Counted from the first letter of the stretch, positions 24,751-37,749 are shown. The stretch is 64,000 nt of DNA from Octopus sinensis (GCF_006345805.1 NC_043015.1:46252001-46316000), one strand, 5' to 3'. Numbers and translations are program-made. The notes: a model not told the origin generated them from the sequence alone.

Positions 24751-24995
24751 ATCAAAATGAAAAACAGAATATTGCTCTGAACATTTCTTCACATCAAGGA
24801 GAAAAAAATAAAATAAAAACCATTCTAACTTTAAAAGTACGTGTTAAGAGGATGAAATGAAGGAAAACACATCATCATAATCATTATCGTTTAACATTCG
24901 TTTTCCATGCTGGCATAAATTGGATGGCTTGACTGAGGTCTAGAAAGCCAATGGCTGCACCAGGCTCCAATCTGATCTGGCAGTGTTTCTACAGA

Positions 24996-25409
24996 AATTC
25001 TTGTTTCAAGAATTTGTCTTATGAAGACGCTCGACCTTTATTCTCTAGAAAAACGACGACGCCGTGGTGATCTCATTCTTGCTAACAACATCATAAGCGG
25101 AAAGTGCAACCTCTCGAAAGAGCTGTTCTTCACTCCTGCTCCAGAGCGTCGGCCGCAGGGTCATTCCGAAAAGCTCTATCTGCGACGATTTCATCTCAAT
25201 CGAAGGAGAGGGGCTTTCTCCGTCCGGGTTGCGGATCCGTGGAATAAGCTGCTGGACGAGATGGTGAAGATGCTGACGACCGCTAGGTTCAAAGTCTCCC
25301 TTGACCACGAGTGGCCTGAACTCTTTACATGAACACCACCCTGTACATAACTCCCTGTCCCCCTACATGGCCTTGCTTTTTGCTTTTTGAGCCAAAAAAC
25401 TAACTAACT
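24996..25409 (+). mobile_element. CR1/L2-like LINE 3' end with (CTAA)n tail, inserted in an RTE tail
   Basis: LYSLEKRRRRGDLI...GHSEKLY...RRGAFSVRVADPWNKL; CTACAG duplicated on both sides. Inverted copy at 61960-62275. Confidence 0.85.
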
Positions 25410-25746
25410 AACTAACTACAGCTGGATGCCCTTCTTAATGCCAACTATTCCAAGAGTGTAGTGGGTGCTCTTTACATGCTACTAGCACAGGAGCCAGTCA
25501 GGTGGGCCTGGCATCGTTCATGTTCAGATATTGCTTTTAATGTGCCACTGGCACAAGAGCTAGTCAGGGAGCGCTGGCATCGGCCATATTCTGATGGTGC
25601 TTTTTACATGCCACCAGCACAAGAGCCAGTCGGGCGGCTCTGGCACTGATCACATTTGGATCGTGCTTGTTACATGCCACCTCCGCAGGAGCCAGTCAGG
25701 GGTCACTGGCATTGGCCACATTAGGATAGTACAGGAGCTAGCTTAA

Positions 25747-25966
25747 CCCTTTTGTTACCAACCTGGCTGAAACTGGCTCTGATTCTGAGTACAAATGTTT
25801 TGTTTTCATAAGTTTTGAACTAAAATCTTCCACCAAACCTTAGTCACAATTTATGTTCCTAACACTAGCTGAATGATAACTAAGTTATTTTACTAAATTC
25901 TTTGTTATATTTAAAGTAATTGAAAGAAACTCAGAGCATCTCAAAATAAATACAGTAATGAAAGGG
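25747..25966. mobile_element. piggyBac-type MITE
   Basis: TTAA TSD on both sides, CCCTTT...AAAGGG termini. Second copy at 51600-51820; a related element at ~26160-26390. Confidence 0.85.
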
Positions 25967-26488
25967 TTAAAAGTCCACATAACAATTTTTATAAATTTCC
26001 TATTTATTATTTTTTTAAAAATTTCACTGCAATTCTTTACATTTATCTCGACCCACATTTTTTTGTATTCCTGTTTTAAACAATGGATTAAACAATGATT
26101 AAATAAAAAAATCAAAATTTCTATTTTTGAAAAAAGGTTTTCCTCCCACATTTACACATCAACCCTTTAACATTCTGATTTCTCAGTCAAATGAAATGCT
26201 TATTAGTTCATGTTGATTTGAATTAGTTACGCATTACATTGTAGCTTTGAGATATCAATGATGTGATTGTTTATTTCTAGAATAATACTGTAAGGTAAGT
26301 GTGAAAGGCCTGATCTTGGCTAGTTTGAAGATAAAACAAGTAGATTACTTTGGCTGGATATGGTCAGTTTAAATGCTAAAGGATCAAAAATTTTTTATCC
26401 TATTTCATTTTTTTTAGAGTCATATTTTAAACATCCTAGATAACAATTCTATCAACTATTTTTACAATAATAATAAACTTATTGTATA

Positions 26489-26872
26489 TGGCGCAGGAGT
26501 GGCTGTGTGGTAAGTAGCTTGCTAACCAACCACATGGTTTCGGGTTCAGTCCCACTGCGTGGTATCTTGGGCAAGTGTCTTCTGCTATAGTCCCGGGCCG
26601 ACCAATGCCTTGTGAGTGGATTTGGTAGACGGAAACTGAAAGAAGCCTGTCATATATATATGTATGTGTGTCTGTGTTTGTCCCCCTAGCATTGCTTGAC
26701 AACCGATGCTGGTGTGTTTATGTCCCCGTCACTTAGCGGCTCGGCAAAAGAGACCGATAGAATAAGTACTGGGCTTACAAAGAATAAGTCCCGGGGTCGA
26801 TTTGCTCGACTAAAAGGCGGTGCTCCAGCATGGCTGCAGTCGAATGACTGAAACGAGTAAAAGAGTAAAGAG
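26489..26872 (+). mobile_element. SINE family A
   Basis: Full-length copy. Confidence 0.9.
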
Positions 26873-27660
26873 TTCTCTGGTACACTATAACTCTCCAGAA
26901 AAGGTAACAAAAAGTGTAGAATAATACTGAAAATGACAGGAAAGTGAAAAAAAAAAATGAAAAGACACTCCCAAAATATCAAATATGAAAATTTTTTACC
27001 ATTCCTCCAAATATTTTCCCAGAATCATGTTTTAAACATCCTAATTTACTAAATTATGATTTTGCCAGTTTTCTTTATTTTCAAAATTTTTTTTCTTTTT
27101 TCAAAATTCTTGCCTTACCTCCATAAGTTTTCAGTTTGAACTGTTTTTTTTCTTCCAAATATTTTCTTTTCAGAACTAAGTTCTAAATATCATATTCTGA
27201 AACAGCAGGAATACAGAAAGAGGAGATAGCATGTTTGTAGACTAGAAGACAGAGTGTGCCTGTGAGTGATTTTATGCATATCACTCAGTTGTTATTTTTG
27301 ATGAGGCAGAGATCAGACAATCTGTCTGGTGAAAGAGTGAAAGAGACGGCTGAATTAACTGTTGCATTTAGAGATTAGAAACCGTTCATTATGTGCCTTA
27401 AATGTTCTTTGGATACATCCATTTTAGAAAGGGTTTTGATCAAAGAAATTTTTATTCTATTATCCTGTAAATTAATATTTAATTAGTTTAAATGCACACA
27501 AATGCATAAAAATAATTTTTAATTCTATTAGACATTCTAAAATACTATTAAATTTCATTCAATTTTAAATAAGGTAAAATCGGACAGAACTTATGGGATG
27601 ATCTGATAATTATTGAAGGAAGCGGCGAGCTGGCAGAATCGTTAGCATGCCAGGAAAAAT

Positions 27661-28660
27661 GAGAATTGACACACTGGTCAAGGATATACTGTAAATCCTT
27701 GAGTATAATACGCAGGGGATTTTTAGGGGGCTGTACCTCTGAAAAAAACCTAAACCTTGTGTATAATATGCACCCCTTCTCTAACTTGAGTCAAGGAGGT
27801 CTATATAACTTCCTTGGTTTGTAAAAATGTATACGGTAACGCCCTTTATTATTATTGTATATATATATTTCTTTACTACCCACAAGGGGCTAAACATAGA
27901 GGGGACAAACAAGGACAGACAAAGGGATTAAGTCGATTTCATTTCTTTGTTCCTCTCATTTAGAGATTAGAAACTGATCAAGACCATATTGAGAATTGAC
28001 ACACTGGTCAAGGATATACTGTAAATCCTTGAGTATAGTCCACCCTTGAGTATAATATGCAGGGGATTTTCAGGGGGCTGTACCTCTGAAAAAACCTAAC
28101 CCTTGTGTATAATATGCACCCCTTCTCTAACTTGAGTCAAGGAGGTCTATATAACTTCCTTGGTTTGTAAAAATGTATACGGTAACATCCTTTATTATTA
28201 TTATTGTATATATATTTCTTTACTACCCACGAGGGGCTAAACATAGAGGGGACAAACAAGGACAGACAAAGAGATTAAATCGATTTCATTTCTTTGTTCC
28301 TCTCATTTAGAGATTAGAAACTGATCAAGACCATATTGAGAATTGACACACTGGTCAAGGATATACCGTAAATCCTTGAGTATAGTCCACCCTTGAGTAT
28401 AATATGCAGGGGATTTTTAGGGGGCTGTACCTCTGAAAAAAACCTAAACCTTGTGTATAATATGCACCCCTTCTCTAACTTGAGTCAAGGAGGTCTATAT
28501 AACTTCCTTGGTTTGTAAAAATGTATACGGTAACGTCCTTTATTATTATTATTGTGTATATATATTTCTTTACTACCCACGAGGGGCTAAACATAGAGGG
28601 GACAAACAAGGACAGACAAAGGGATTAAATCGATTTCGTTTCTTTGTCCCTCTCATTACA
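27661..28660. repeat. Tandem triplication of a ~330-347 bp composite unit (TA-bounded mariner-like MITE, SINE B 3' fragment and unique DNA)
   Basis: Unit starts GAGAATTGACACAC at 27661, 27991 and 28338; contains TACCGTA...TACGGTA. Confidence 0.9.
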
Positions 28661-29055
28661 TCTGCTGCCTCTACTTATATTTGAACTGTTCAAGCCATCA
28701 GTACAATGTGGTCATCATTGTCATCAACATACTAGACTTAAAAATAAGTCCTGGGGTTGGTTTCTTCATCTAAAACCCTTCAAGGCAGTGCTCCAGCATG
28801 GCTGTAGTCAAATGACTGAAACAAGTAATATATATATGTGGTTTTACTGGGATCTCCCTTTTAAGTAGAAAGAATGGCCAAAACTCTTTGACTGCTATTT
28901 CTAAATTCGGTGTGTGATGAGGCAAATCGTTGCTAAACCTTTAATTACTTAGTATTACTTAAACCTTCCTTGAATGGGGCTTTTACATGCCGAAATCTAC
29001 TTGGTGAAATTAATGATTATTCCAAATTAATTAATTTCACCTTTTATTATTATTG

Positions 29056-29103
<48 letters not shown>

Positions 29104-30192
29104 GAATTAGAAAAAACACCTTTTTATCAATTCAATAATGAAAAATTAAATTTTACCATTTAGAAAAATTACCTATTATAGAAAGATTAAATATAAGATA
29201 AAACATATAACGATGATTAATATATATATATATATGTTTTGTTTATTATTTTGCACATTACTTAATCATCGTTATATGTTTTATCTTTCTATAATAGGTT
29301 CGACCAGGGTCTGGGAAGCCAGGAGGCTGCGCCAAGCTCCAGTCTGATCTGGCAGTGTCTCTACAGCTGGATGCCCTTCCTAACGCCAACCACTCTGTGA
29401 GTGTAGTGGGTGCTTTTTACATTCCACCAGCATAGGGGCCAGAGGAGGCTGGCAAACGGCCATGATTGGTTGGTGCTTTTTACGTGCCACCAACATGGAC
29501 GCCAGTCAGGCGGCGCTGGCATCAGCCACGTTCGGGCTGTGCTTTTTACATGTCACCGGCACGGGTATCTTAACTACAATTTCCATTTGATTTTTATTTT
29601 GATGTTGGTGTTGACGTACTTGACTCAATAGGTCTCCTCAAGAACAGCGGGTCACCCTATGATCCAAGGTTAGCACAACAGGCCGTCCTGCGAGCCACGA
29701 ACTCACTTCATTTGTCGGGTCTTAAATAAGAAAGCCTGGCTTAGTGGTTAGGAGTGTTGGACTCCCGATCGTAAGATTGCAGTTTCAATTCCTGGACCAG
29801 GCAACACGTCGTGTTCTTGAACAAAGCACTTCATTTCACGTTGCTCCAGTCCACTCAGCTGGCAAAAAGGAGAAACGCTGCGATGGACTAGCATCCCATC
29901 CAGGTGGGGAATATATATGCCATGAAACTGGGAAACTAAACCTTATGAGTCAGCATGGCTCGAGACAAGGAAACACACAAACACTATTAAAAGCACCCAA
30001 ATAGCTTGTGATGGTGTTACACTGACCACGGGCAATGATGAGGGCTCTACTAAACCCCTTCCTTTAACAAATTTCTTTCCTTGTACCAACAGACCAAGTG
30101 ATAACTTTTGTGTAATCTCCATCTCATTCTCTTTCTCTCCTCTCTCCAGGTCGTCCGAATGCATTAACATCAGCCTCATACAAATCGTTGCC

Positions 30193-30485
30193 ATGCTGGT
30201 CAACTTTCACTGGAAGAAGTTTATTGCGTTGTCGGTTGCCGTCTTTTTTGTCTACGGCGGATTTCAATATCTCGTGCGCGGTAAGAAACCGAGGCCAGAC
30301 GGTATCAGCATATCGGTCCGGTTTTCCGGACGTTTTGGCAACCATTTGTTTCAGTATGCTTCGTTATTGGGGATCGCTCGTAAAAATAACATGACCGCCT
30401 GTGTCCCAAGCTGGCTCGACATCACTTCAGTATTTAACATTGACACGTGTGATGGTGATGTAAGTGATTTTGGGGCCTATGTCAG
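30193..30485 (+). CDS. FUT1/FUT2-like: Alpha-1,2-fucosyltransferase (GT11), first coding exon; the exon begins at 30150 in the 5' UTR
   Basis: N-terminal TM segment FIALSVAVFFVYGGFQYLV; GRFGNHLFQYASLLGIA motif. Upstream acceptor CTCTCTCCAG at 30140-30149; donor CAG/GTGAGT at 30486 (phase 2). Confidence 0.92.
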
Positions 30486-31073
30486 GTGAGTTTTTTTTGT
30501 AAATTTATCATTTTATTTTATACAAAGGTTAAGGTAGCAAGCTGATAGAATTGCTAATATGCAGAAACGTTAGCACGCCGGGCAAAATGCTTAGCAGTAT
30601 TTCGTCTGCCGCTATGTTCTGAGTTCAAATTCCACCGAGGTCGACTTTGCCTTTCATCATTTCAGGGTCGATAAATTAAAGTACCAGTTACGCACTGGGG
30701 TCGATGTAATTGGCTTAATCCGTTTGTCCCCTCTGTGTTTAGCCCTTGTGGGTAGTAAAGAAATAGGTATGGGAAGCCAGGAGGCTGCACCAGGCTCCAG
30801 TCTGATCTGGCAGTGTTTCTACAGCTGGATGCCCTTCCTAACGCAAACCACTTCGTGAGTGTAATGGGTGCTTTTCACGTGTCACTGGCACAGGTGCCAA
30901 AGGAGGCTGGCAGCGGCTACGATTGGTTGGTGCTTTTTATGTGCCACCGGCACAGGTATCACAGGTGCCCTTTTCAAGCCTAGCCAAGCTCATGGGCCTG
31001 TTTTCCCGGTTTCTATGGTGCATGTTGTGGTGCTGACAAGTTGTGGTGCACCTGAGCACTGCATACAATAATT

Positions 31074-31108
<35 letters not shown>

Positions 31109-31463
31109 ATTATTATTATTATTATTAATATTATTATTATTATTATTATGTGTTCCCCCTCAGCTAGACGGGATGCCAGTCCATCACAGACGCATATATA
31201 TATAAGATCTGGAAATTCAGTCACCATCACACCTCTTCTCCAAGGCTTGAGAAGTTCAAGAGCCAGCATTTGACTGTTTATTAGGATGACTGAGTTCTGG
31301 AACATGGCTGCATCATGAAATTCTAAAGGGACTTTTCAATCACATTTTTTTTGTTTTGGAGATTTTTTACATCTGTTAGATGAATATATTATTAAAGTGT
31401 AGTTTTACAGCTGGATCCCTTTGTTGATGCCTACTCTTGTTTTTCAAGTAAGGGATGTGTTTG

Positions 31464-32458
31464 TGTGTATATGTAAGTATGTACACACACACATCCACAT
31501 ATATGCACCTAAAAGAAAGATATCTGTTTCTCAAAGATGCCCTCAATATTTTCTTTTCTTATTCTTTTTCTACGTTTCATAGCTACAATGAAGAAATGTT
31601 GTGTGTATATGTAAGTGTATATGTGTGTATATGTAAATGTATATGTGTGTATATGTAAGTGTATATGTGTGTATATGTGTGTATATGTAAGTGTATATGT
31701 GTGTATATGTAAGTGTATATCTGTGTATATGTAAGTGTATATGTAAGTGTATATGTGTGTATATGTAAGTGTATATCTGTGTATATGTAAGTGTATATGT
31801 AAGTGTATATGTGTGTATATGTAAGTGTATATGTGTGTATATGTGTGTATATGTAAGTGTATATGTGTGTATATGTAAATGTATATGTGTGTATATGTAA
31901 ATGTATGTGTGTATAAGTGAATATATAAGTGTATATGTGTGTATATGTAAGTGTATATGTGTGTATATGTAAGTGTATATGTGTGTATATGTAAGTGCAT
32001 ATGTGTGTATGTGTGTGTATGTAAGTGTATATGTGTGTATGTGTGTATATGTAAGTGTATATGTGTGTATGAGTGTATATGTAAGTGTATATGTGTGTAT
32101 ATGTAAGTGTATATGTGTGTATGTGTGTATATGTAAGTGTATATGTGTGTATGAGTGTATATGTAAGTGTATATGTGTGTATATGTAAGTGTATATGTGT
32201 GTATGTGTGTATATGTGTGTACGAGTGTATATGTAAGTGTATATGTGTGTATATGTAAGTGTATATGTGTGTATATGTAAATGTATATGTGTGTATATGT
32301 AAGTGTATATGTTGTGTGTATATGTGTTGTGTGTATATGTAAGTATGTACACACACATACATGCACCTAAAAGAAAGATATCGTTTCTCAAAGATGCCCT
32401 CACCATTTTCTTTTCTTATTCTTTTTCTACGTTTCATAGCTACAATGAAGAAATGTTC
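31464..32458 (+). repeat. Direct duplication of the ~135-bp acceptor region (31464-31600 and 32329-32458) flanking a ~730-bp minisatellite with a 22-bp unit GTGTATATGTGTGTATATGTAA
   Basis: Both copies contain GCACCTAAAAGAAAGATATC...TTTCTACGTTTCATAGCTACAATGAAGAAATGTT. Confidence 0.9.
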
Positions 32459-33115
32459 GCCAAGTTTTTTCCTCGCTTCTTCAAACTTCCCAAACAGAAC
32501 ACCTTGCTGAATGGTTACCTCCAGTCTTTCAAATACTTTGACTTCATGAAATCGGAAATTCTTCAGAATCAGTACCGCTTCAAAGAGAAATACCAGTCAA
32601 TGGCAAACAGTTTTCTACAGACGTTAGTCACAGCACATCGCAAAAAACAAACCAGTACCAAACAAAGTCCGGTAGGACCCTTGATCAAAAATGGCAATGC
32701 AGACGACGACCCAGTTGTTGTGGGGATCCACGTGCGGCGTGGAGATTTTGTCCGAGGTTATACCCGTGGCTACAGCACACCACCCCTTCCATATTATTAT
32801 CGGGCCATGAACTACTTCCTCAGAAAGTACCCTAAAATCATTTTCGTCATCTGCAGCAATGATATAGAATGGTGTCAAGATAACTTGGTTGATGAAAACA
32901 TTTACTTCTCGGCCACTAAGAATGTGTATGTCGACTTTGCTATTCTAGCGAGTTGCGACCACATCATTTTAAGCTCGGGGACTTTTTCATGGTGGGCTGG
33001 TTACCTCAACAAAGGCATCGTTGTTTATTATAAGGATTTCCCACGTCCCAATAGCATTCTGGAGAAATCTTTTAATCGCAAAGATTATTATCCAGATTCT
33101 TGGATTCCACTCTGA
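32440..33115 (+). CDS. FUT1/FUT2-like: Alpha-1,2-fucosyltransferase (GT11), terminal coding exon; spliced product 322 aa
   Basis: Acceptor TTTCATAG at 32432-32439, phase 2 matches the upstream exon (AG+C=Ser). Motifs NGYLQSFKYF, VGIHVRRGD, FVICSND, ASCDHIILSSGTFSWWAGYL, YYPDSWIPL*. Confidence 0.95.
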
Positions 33116-34309
33116 CACTGAAATTTGAATTATTCTTCAACCTATGGTGACATTAAAAAAACAAACAAAAAAACCTCAAAAACTCCCACAAAAAAAAAAA
33201 ATTCTTGGCGTTAAAATATCAGCAAAAATCCAAAAGAAAATTTGCCAAAAAAAAAAATTTTTATAAAAGAAAAAAAACAAAAACAAAGAACATGAGAAGT
33301 GTGAGTAAATTAAAAGTAAAAGAGACTGAAAGAAACTTTATTTTTCTCAAAATATTTTTAAAAAAAACTTATATATTTCTAAATTATTTTAGGTCGGATG
33401 GTTCATCAGATTTACATACTAACACTTCATTTGTGGGTATTTTCACAAGGCATATATGTGTGTTCTGAGTTCAAATTCCGCCGAGGTCGACTTTGCCTTT
33501 CATCCTTTCGGGGTCAATAAATTAAGTACCAGTTACGCACTGGGGTCGATGTAATCGACTTAATCCCTTTGTCTGTCCTTGTTTGTCCCCTCTGTGTTTA
33601 GCCCCTTGTGGGTAGTAAAGAAATATATATGTGTGTATGTATATCCTTTACCTTGTTTTAGGCATATCACTATGGTCATGCCAGGGCACTGATTCAAGGG
33701 GTTTAGTTGAATGAATCAATCCCACTGTATTTATTTTTTTTAGAGTCTGGTATATATACACACAGACAGACAAACACACACATACGATGGGCTTCCACAC
33801 AGTTTCTGACGACTAAATTTACTCCCATTTATTACTAGTTTATATTATACATGATTCAAGCAGTATATGATGTATAATTCAATATATACGCACACACACA
33901 CTATATATATATCATCATCATCATCATCATCGTTTAACATCCGCTTTCCATGCTGGCATGGGTTGGACGGTTTGACTGAGGACTGGTGAGCCAGAGGCTG
34001 CACCAGACTCTAATCTGATCTGGCAGTGTTTCTACAGCTGGATGCCCTTCATAATGCCAACCACTCTGAGAGTGTAGTGGGTGCTTTTATGTGCCACCAG
34101 CTCAAGGGCCAGTCAGGCAGTACTGGCAACGACCACTCTCAAACGGTATTTTTACGTGCTACCTGCACAGAAGCCAGTCTGGCGGCACTGGCATTGACCA
34201 CGCTCAAATGTTGTTTTTCATGTGCCACAGGCACATATATACACACATATACATACATATTCAGTGGGAATGAATTTTGAGTAACTGTTAACATAATTTG
34301 ATTAACTTT

Positions 34310-34462
34310 AAGGTATATCCTTAAATCCTTAGAAATGTTTTAACCCGAAGGCCACGGCCATGCTGGGGCACCACCGCTGAAAAATAACGAGCTGGAGAAT
34401 CCGGGTATCGATCCCGGTACCTCTCGCATGCTAAGCGAGCGCTCTACCATCTGGGATAACTT
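34310..34462 (-). pseudogene. tRNA-Ala(AGC)-derived copy with decayed 5' acceptor stem, followed by a T-rich trailer and a LINE-like 3' tail
   Basis: Minus strand CAGATGGTAGAGCGCTCGCTTAGCATGCGAGAGGTACCGGGATCGATACCCGGATTCTCCA (34393-34452), then GCTCGTTATTTTT, then GGTGGTGCCCCAGCATGGCC. Confidence 0.8.
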
Positions 34463-36269
34463 AATTTACTTTTAACCTCCCCATTCTTACAAACACCAAG
34501 AGGAGAGCTAACTCGCTTTGTGATCATGAGTGCACCAAACCCCATGCGTGCGGATGCTTCTATGAATGAATGTACTCACGCCATGCAGCTTGGCTGAGGG
34601 CACTTATACATCCATATTTGTTAATAGTTATTTTTGATACATTCCTTGTTGGATTGCATGTTTGTTTCACATTTTGTCATCTGTGATTTTATTTTTTATC
34701 TCTCTATATATAAACGGCAGTTTGTCTGTCTGTGTGTCTGTGTGTCTGTCAGGTTGTACCCTCACTCTGACCACGGCTTTCAACCGATTCTAATGAAACT
34801 TGACACACACATAGCCCAATGTCATAATTCAAAACTAACGCAGCGAAAAGTTTGAGAAGTTCCCCCAGTTCTGAAAAAAATCGATAAATTCGACATGGAG
34901 TCGAGAATCTAAGCTTTTTATTTGCAACACATTTTCTGTTGTAGTTTTCACAACTTGCAATCGATTTTCACCAAACTCATGGTGAAGCTTAATGTTACCC
35001 TAAGAAACTTAATTCTAACGTTAGTTTTCCATGCAATACCTTACCATCAGAAAAAATCGATAAAATCATGCCATTTTGGGAAATCGCGTTCAAATTCAAG
35101 ATGACATATTTTCGACAATATCTTTAACAAATTGGCAGGAATTTTTTAAAAATTCACAGCGAGCATCATGTCTGCTCCAGGAGCTCTTACATACCTGGGC
35201 AATGCCGGGCTATGCTGCTAGTCTTCTATATAAATGACTAAATCCGTTTGTCTGTCCTTGTTTGTCCCCTCTGTGTTTAGCCCCTTGTGGGTAGTAAAGA
35301 AATAGGTATGGGAAGCCAGGAGGCTGCACCAGGCTTCAGTCTGATCTGGTAGTGTTTCTACAGTTGGATGCCCTTCTGAACGCCAACCACTCCATGAGTA
35401 ATAAAAATAACTGTTAACAAATCTGGCTGCTTTTCTTTCTACAAAACGGGAAGTTACATTGCGAAACAGTTATTTTAACAAGTTGTATTTATTTATCACT
35501 CGACAAGATACATCCGTACCGCCGGATGCTCCTGAACCAGTTGTTGAGTGTCCCACCCATGAGGAATCGATGGTAGATATGTCAAAACAATTGTGTTGAT
35601 TAATAATAAATTTTCATATATTCCATCTTCTATCTGCCATATATCGTTTATCGTTTAATGTCTGCTTTCCATGCTAGCATGGGTTGGACGATTTGACTGA
35701 GGGCTGGCGAACCAGATGGCTGCACCAGGCTCCAATTTGATCTGGCAAAGTTTCTACAGCTGGATGCCCTTCCTAACGCCAACCACTCCAAGAGTGTAGT
35801 GGGTGCTTTTACGTGCTACCGGCACGGGGGCCAGTCAGGCGGTACTGGCAATGACCTCACTCAAATGTTTTTACATGTGCCACCGGCACAGGTGCCAGTA
35901 AGGCGACGCGCTTGTGCTGATATATAAAAAATACAAAAAGGGGACAAGAACGCAAAACATCCAGACAGTTAGGTGATACAAAAAAGGGATACACAGATAA
36001 ATAAATGGAATTAAACAACTATATACATAAACAAAATAAATTAAATTAAATTAATACAAAAAAGAAAGAAAAGAAAAGTAGATATAAACAAATGAATAAA
36101 ATAAGTAAAAGTAAATAAATAAACGTGTATAAACAAGGGTCACTGATAATGCAGGCACTTTGTGTAGGTGTCTTCCACTATAGCCCCGAGCCGACCGGAG
36201 CTTTGTGATTGAATTCGGTAGGTGGAAGTTGCTGCCGTGTGTGTATATATGCGTGTAGGTGCTTGTGCC

Positions 36270-36660
36270 TCTCCCAAAGAAAGAGAGAGGGATGCCCCCC
36301 CTACACACTTAACTAAACATAGACACACTCAGGGACATATGCATGCGCAAATAAAGACACATACAATGGGTTTACAAAATAGCAGATTCTTAGTAAGGAG
36401 AGACACAAAAAAAAAAAGGAAAGAAGAAAGCAAAGGACCACTGATGAGGTCACAGGAGTGTGATGAAAGAACTCTGGCTGAAATACAATTAATATAAAAT
36501 AAAACTGAGGCAAGTGAACACCAAATATACAGTGTGTGTGTTTTCATTGGCTAAGCTGGCAACATGACCATCCCCAAATACGACAATATATGTTTTAACA
36601 CACGAATTCACATCAAGAATCTTGCAAAACGAATATATTAACATATCTTGATATATTAAC
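36270..36660 (+). ncRNA. Element with hammerhead motif (family 4)
   Basis: CCA-CTGATGA-G-GTCACA-GGAG-TGTGAT-GAAA-GAAC-TC-TGG at 36438-36477. Confidence 0.6.
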
Positions 36661-36661
36661 A

Positions 36662-37070
36662 TAGGCGCAGGAGTGGCTGTGTGGTAAGTAGCTTGTTTAC
36701 CAACCACATGGTTCCGGGTTCAGTCCCACTGCATGGCACCTTGGGCAAGTGTCTTCTACTATAGCCTCGGGCCGACCAAAGCCTTGTGAGTGGATTTGGT
36801 AGACGGAAACTGAAAGAAGCCTGTCGTATATATGTATATATATATATATGTATATGTATGTGTGTGTATATGTTTGTGTGTCTGTGATTGTCCCTCTAGC
36901 ATTGCTTGACAACCGATGCTGGTGTGTTTACGTCCCCGTCACTTAGCGGTTTGGCAAAAGAGACCGATAGAATAAATACTGGGCTTACAAAGAATAAGTC
37001 CCGGGGTTGATTTGCTCGACTAAAGGCGGTGCTCCAGCATGGCCGCAGTCAAAGAGTAAAGAGAGAAAGA
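36662..37070 (+). mobile_element. SINE family A
   Basis: Full-length copy. Confidence 0.9.
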
Positions 37071-37393
37071 GATATCTATCTATCTGTCTGTCTGTCTGTC
37101 AATCAATCAACCGACCAATCAATCAGTCATGCCTACTAAATGCTAAATCAAGTATTTGAATGCACTAAAGGCCATTATTTTTTTTATAGAAGTACTGTAT
37201 TTGATGGCTTATAAGATGCACGTGTGCATATCTTAATTTATCCATGTTATACAAAAACAATTCGCTTAACCCTGGAATTTCTACCTTTGTAGTAGGCTGT
37301 AATATCTTTGGCACTTACAGGAATTGTTGCTACTCTGGTAGCTACTTATTTATTTTTTCCTTGTTATTTGTACACTTTAAAAAATATACATAC

Positions 37394-37473
<80 letters not shown>

Positions 37474-37694
37474 ATATATTTATTTATATATATTTTTATA
37501 TATATATATACATATTTATTTATTTATATATATTTTTATATATATATACATATTTATTTATTATATATATATATATATATGCATGTATAAATTCCTTGTA
37601 TATTCCTTCATGTTGAATGACTGAAAGGGGAGTAGTGTTCACTACACATTGTTGAGAGTATCATTTTTTAAAATACTACACACACACATATATG

Positions 37695-37749
<55 letters not shown>

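Noticed and set aside
27661-28660. Regularly spaced repeats resembling a CRISPR array
   Set aside because: Whole units are duplicated with no unique spacers; eukaryotic context.
34393-34462. Functional tRNA-Ala gene
   Set aside because: The 5' acceptor strand does not pair with the 3' strand; treated as a pseudogene or chimera.
35490-35600. GC-richer island that could be an exon
   Set aside because: No convincing splice pair or protein similarity.
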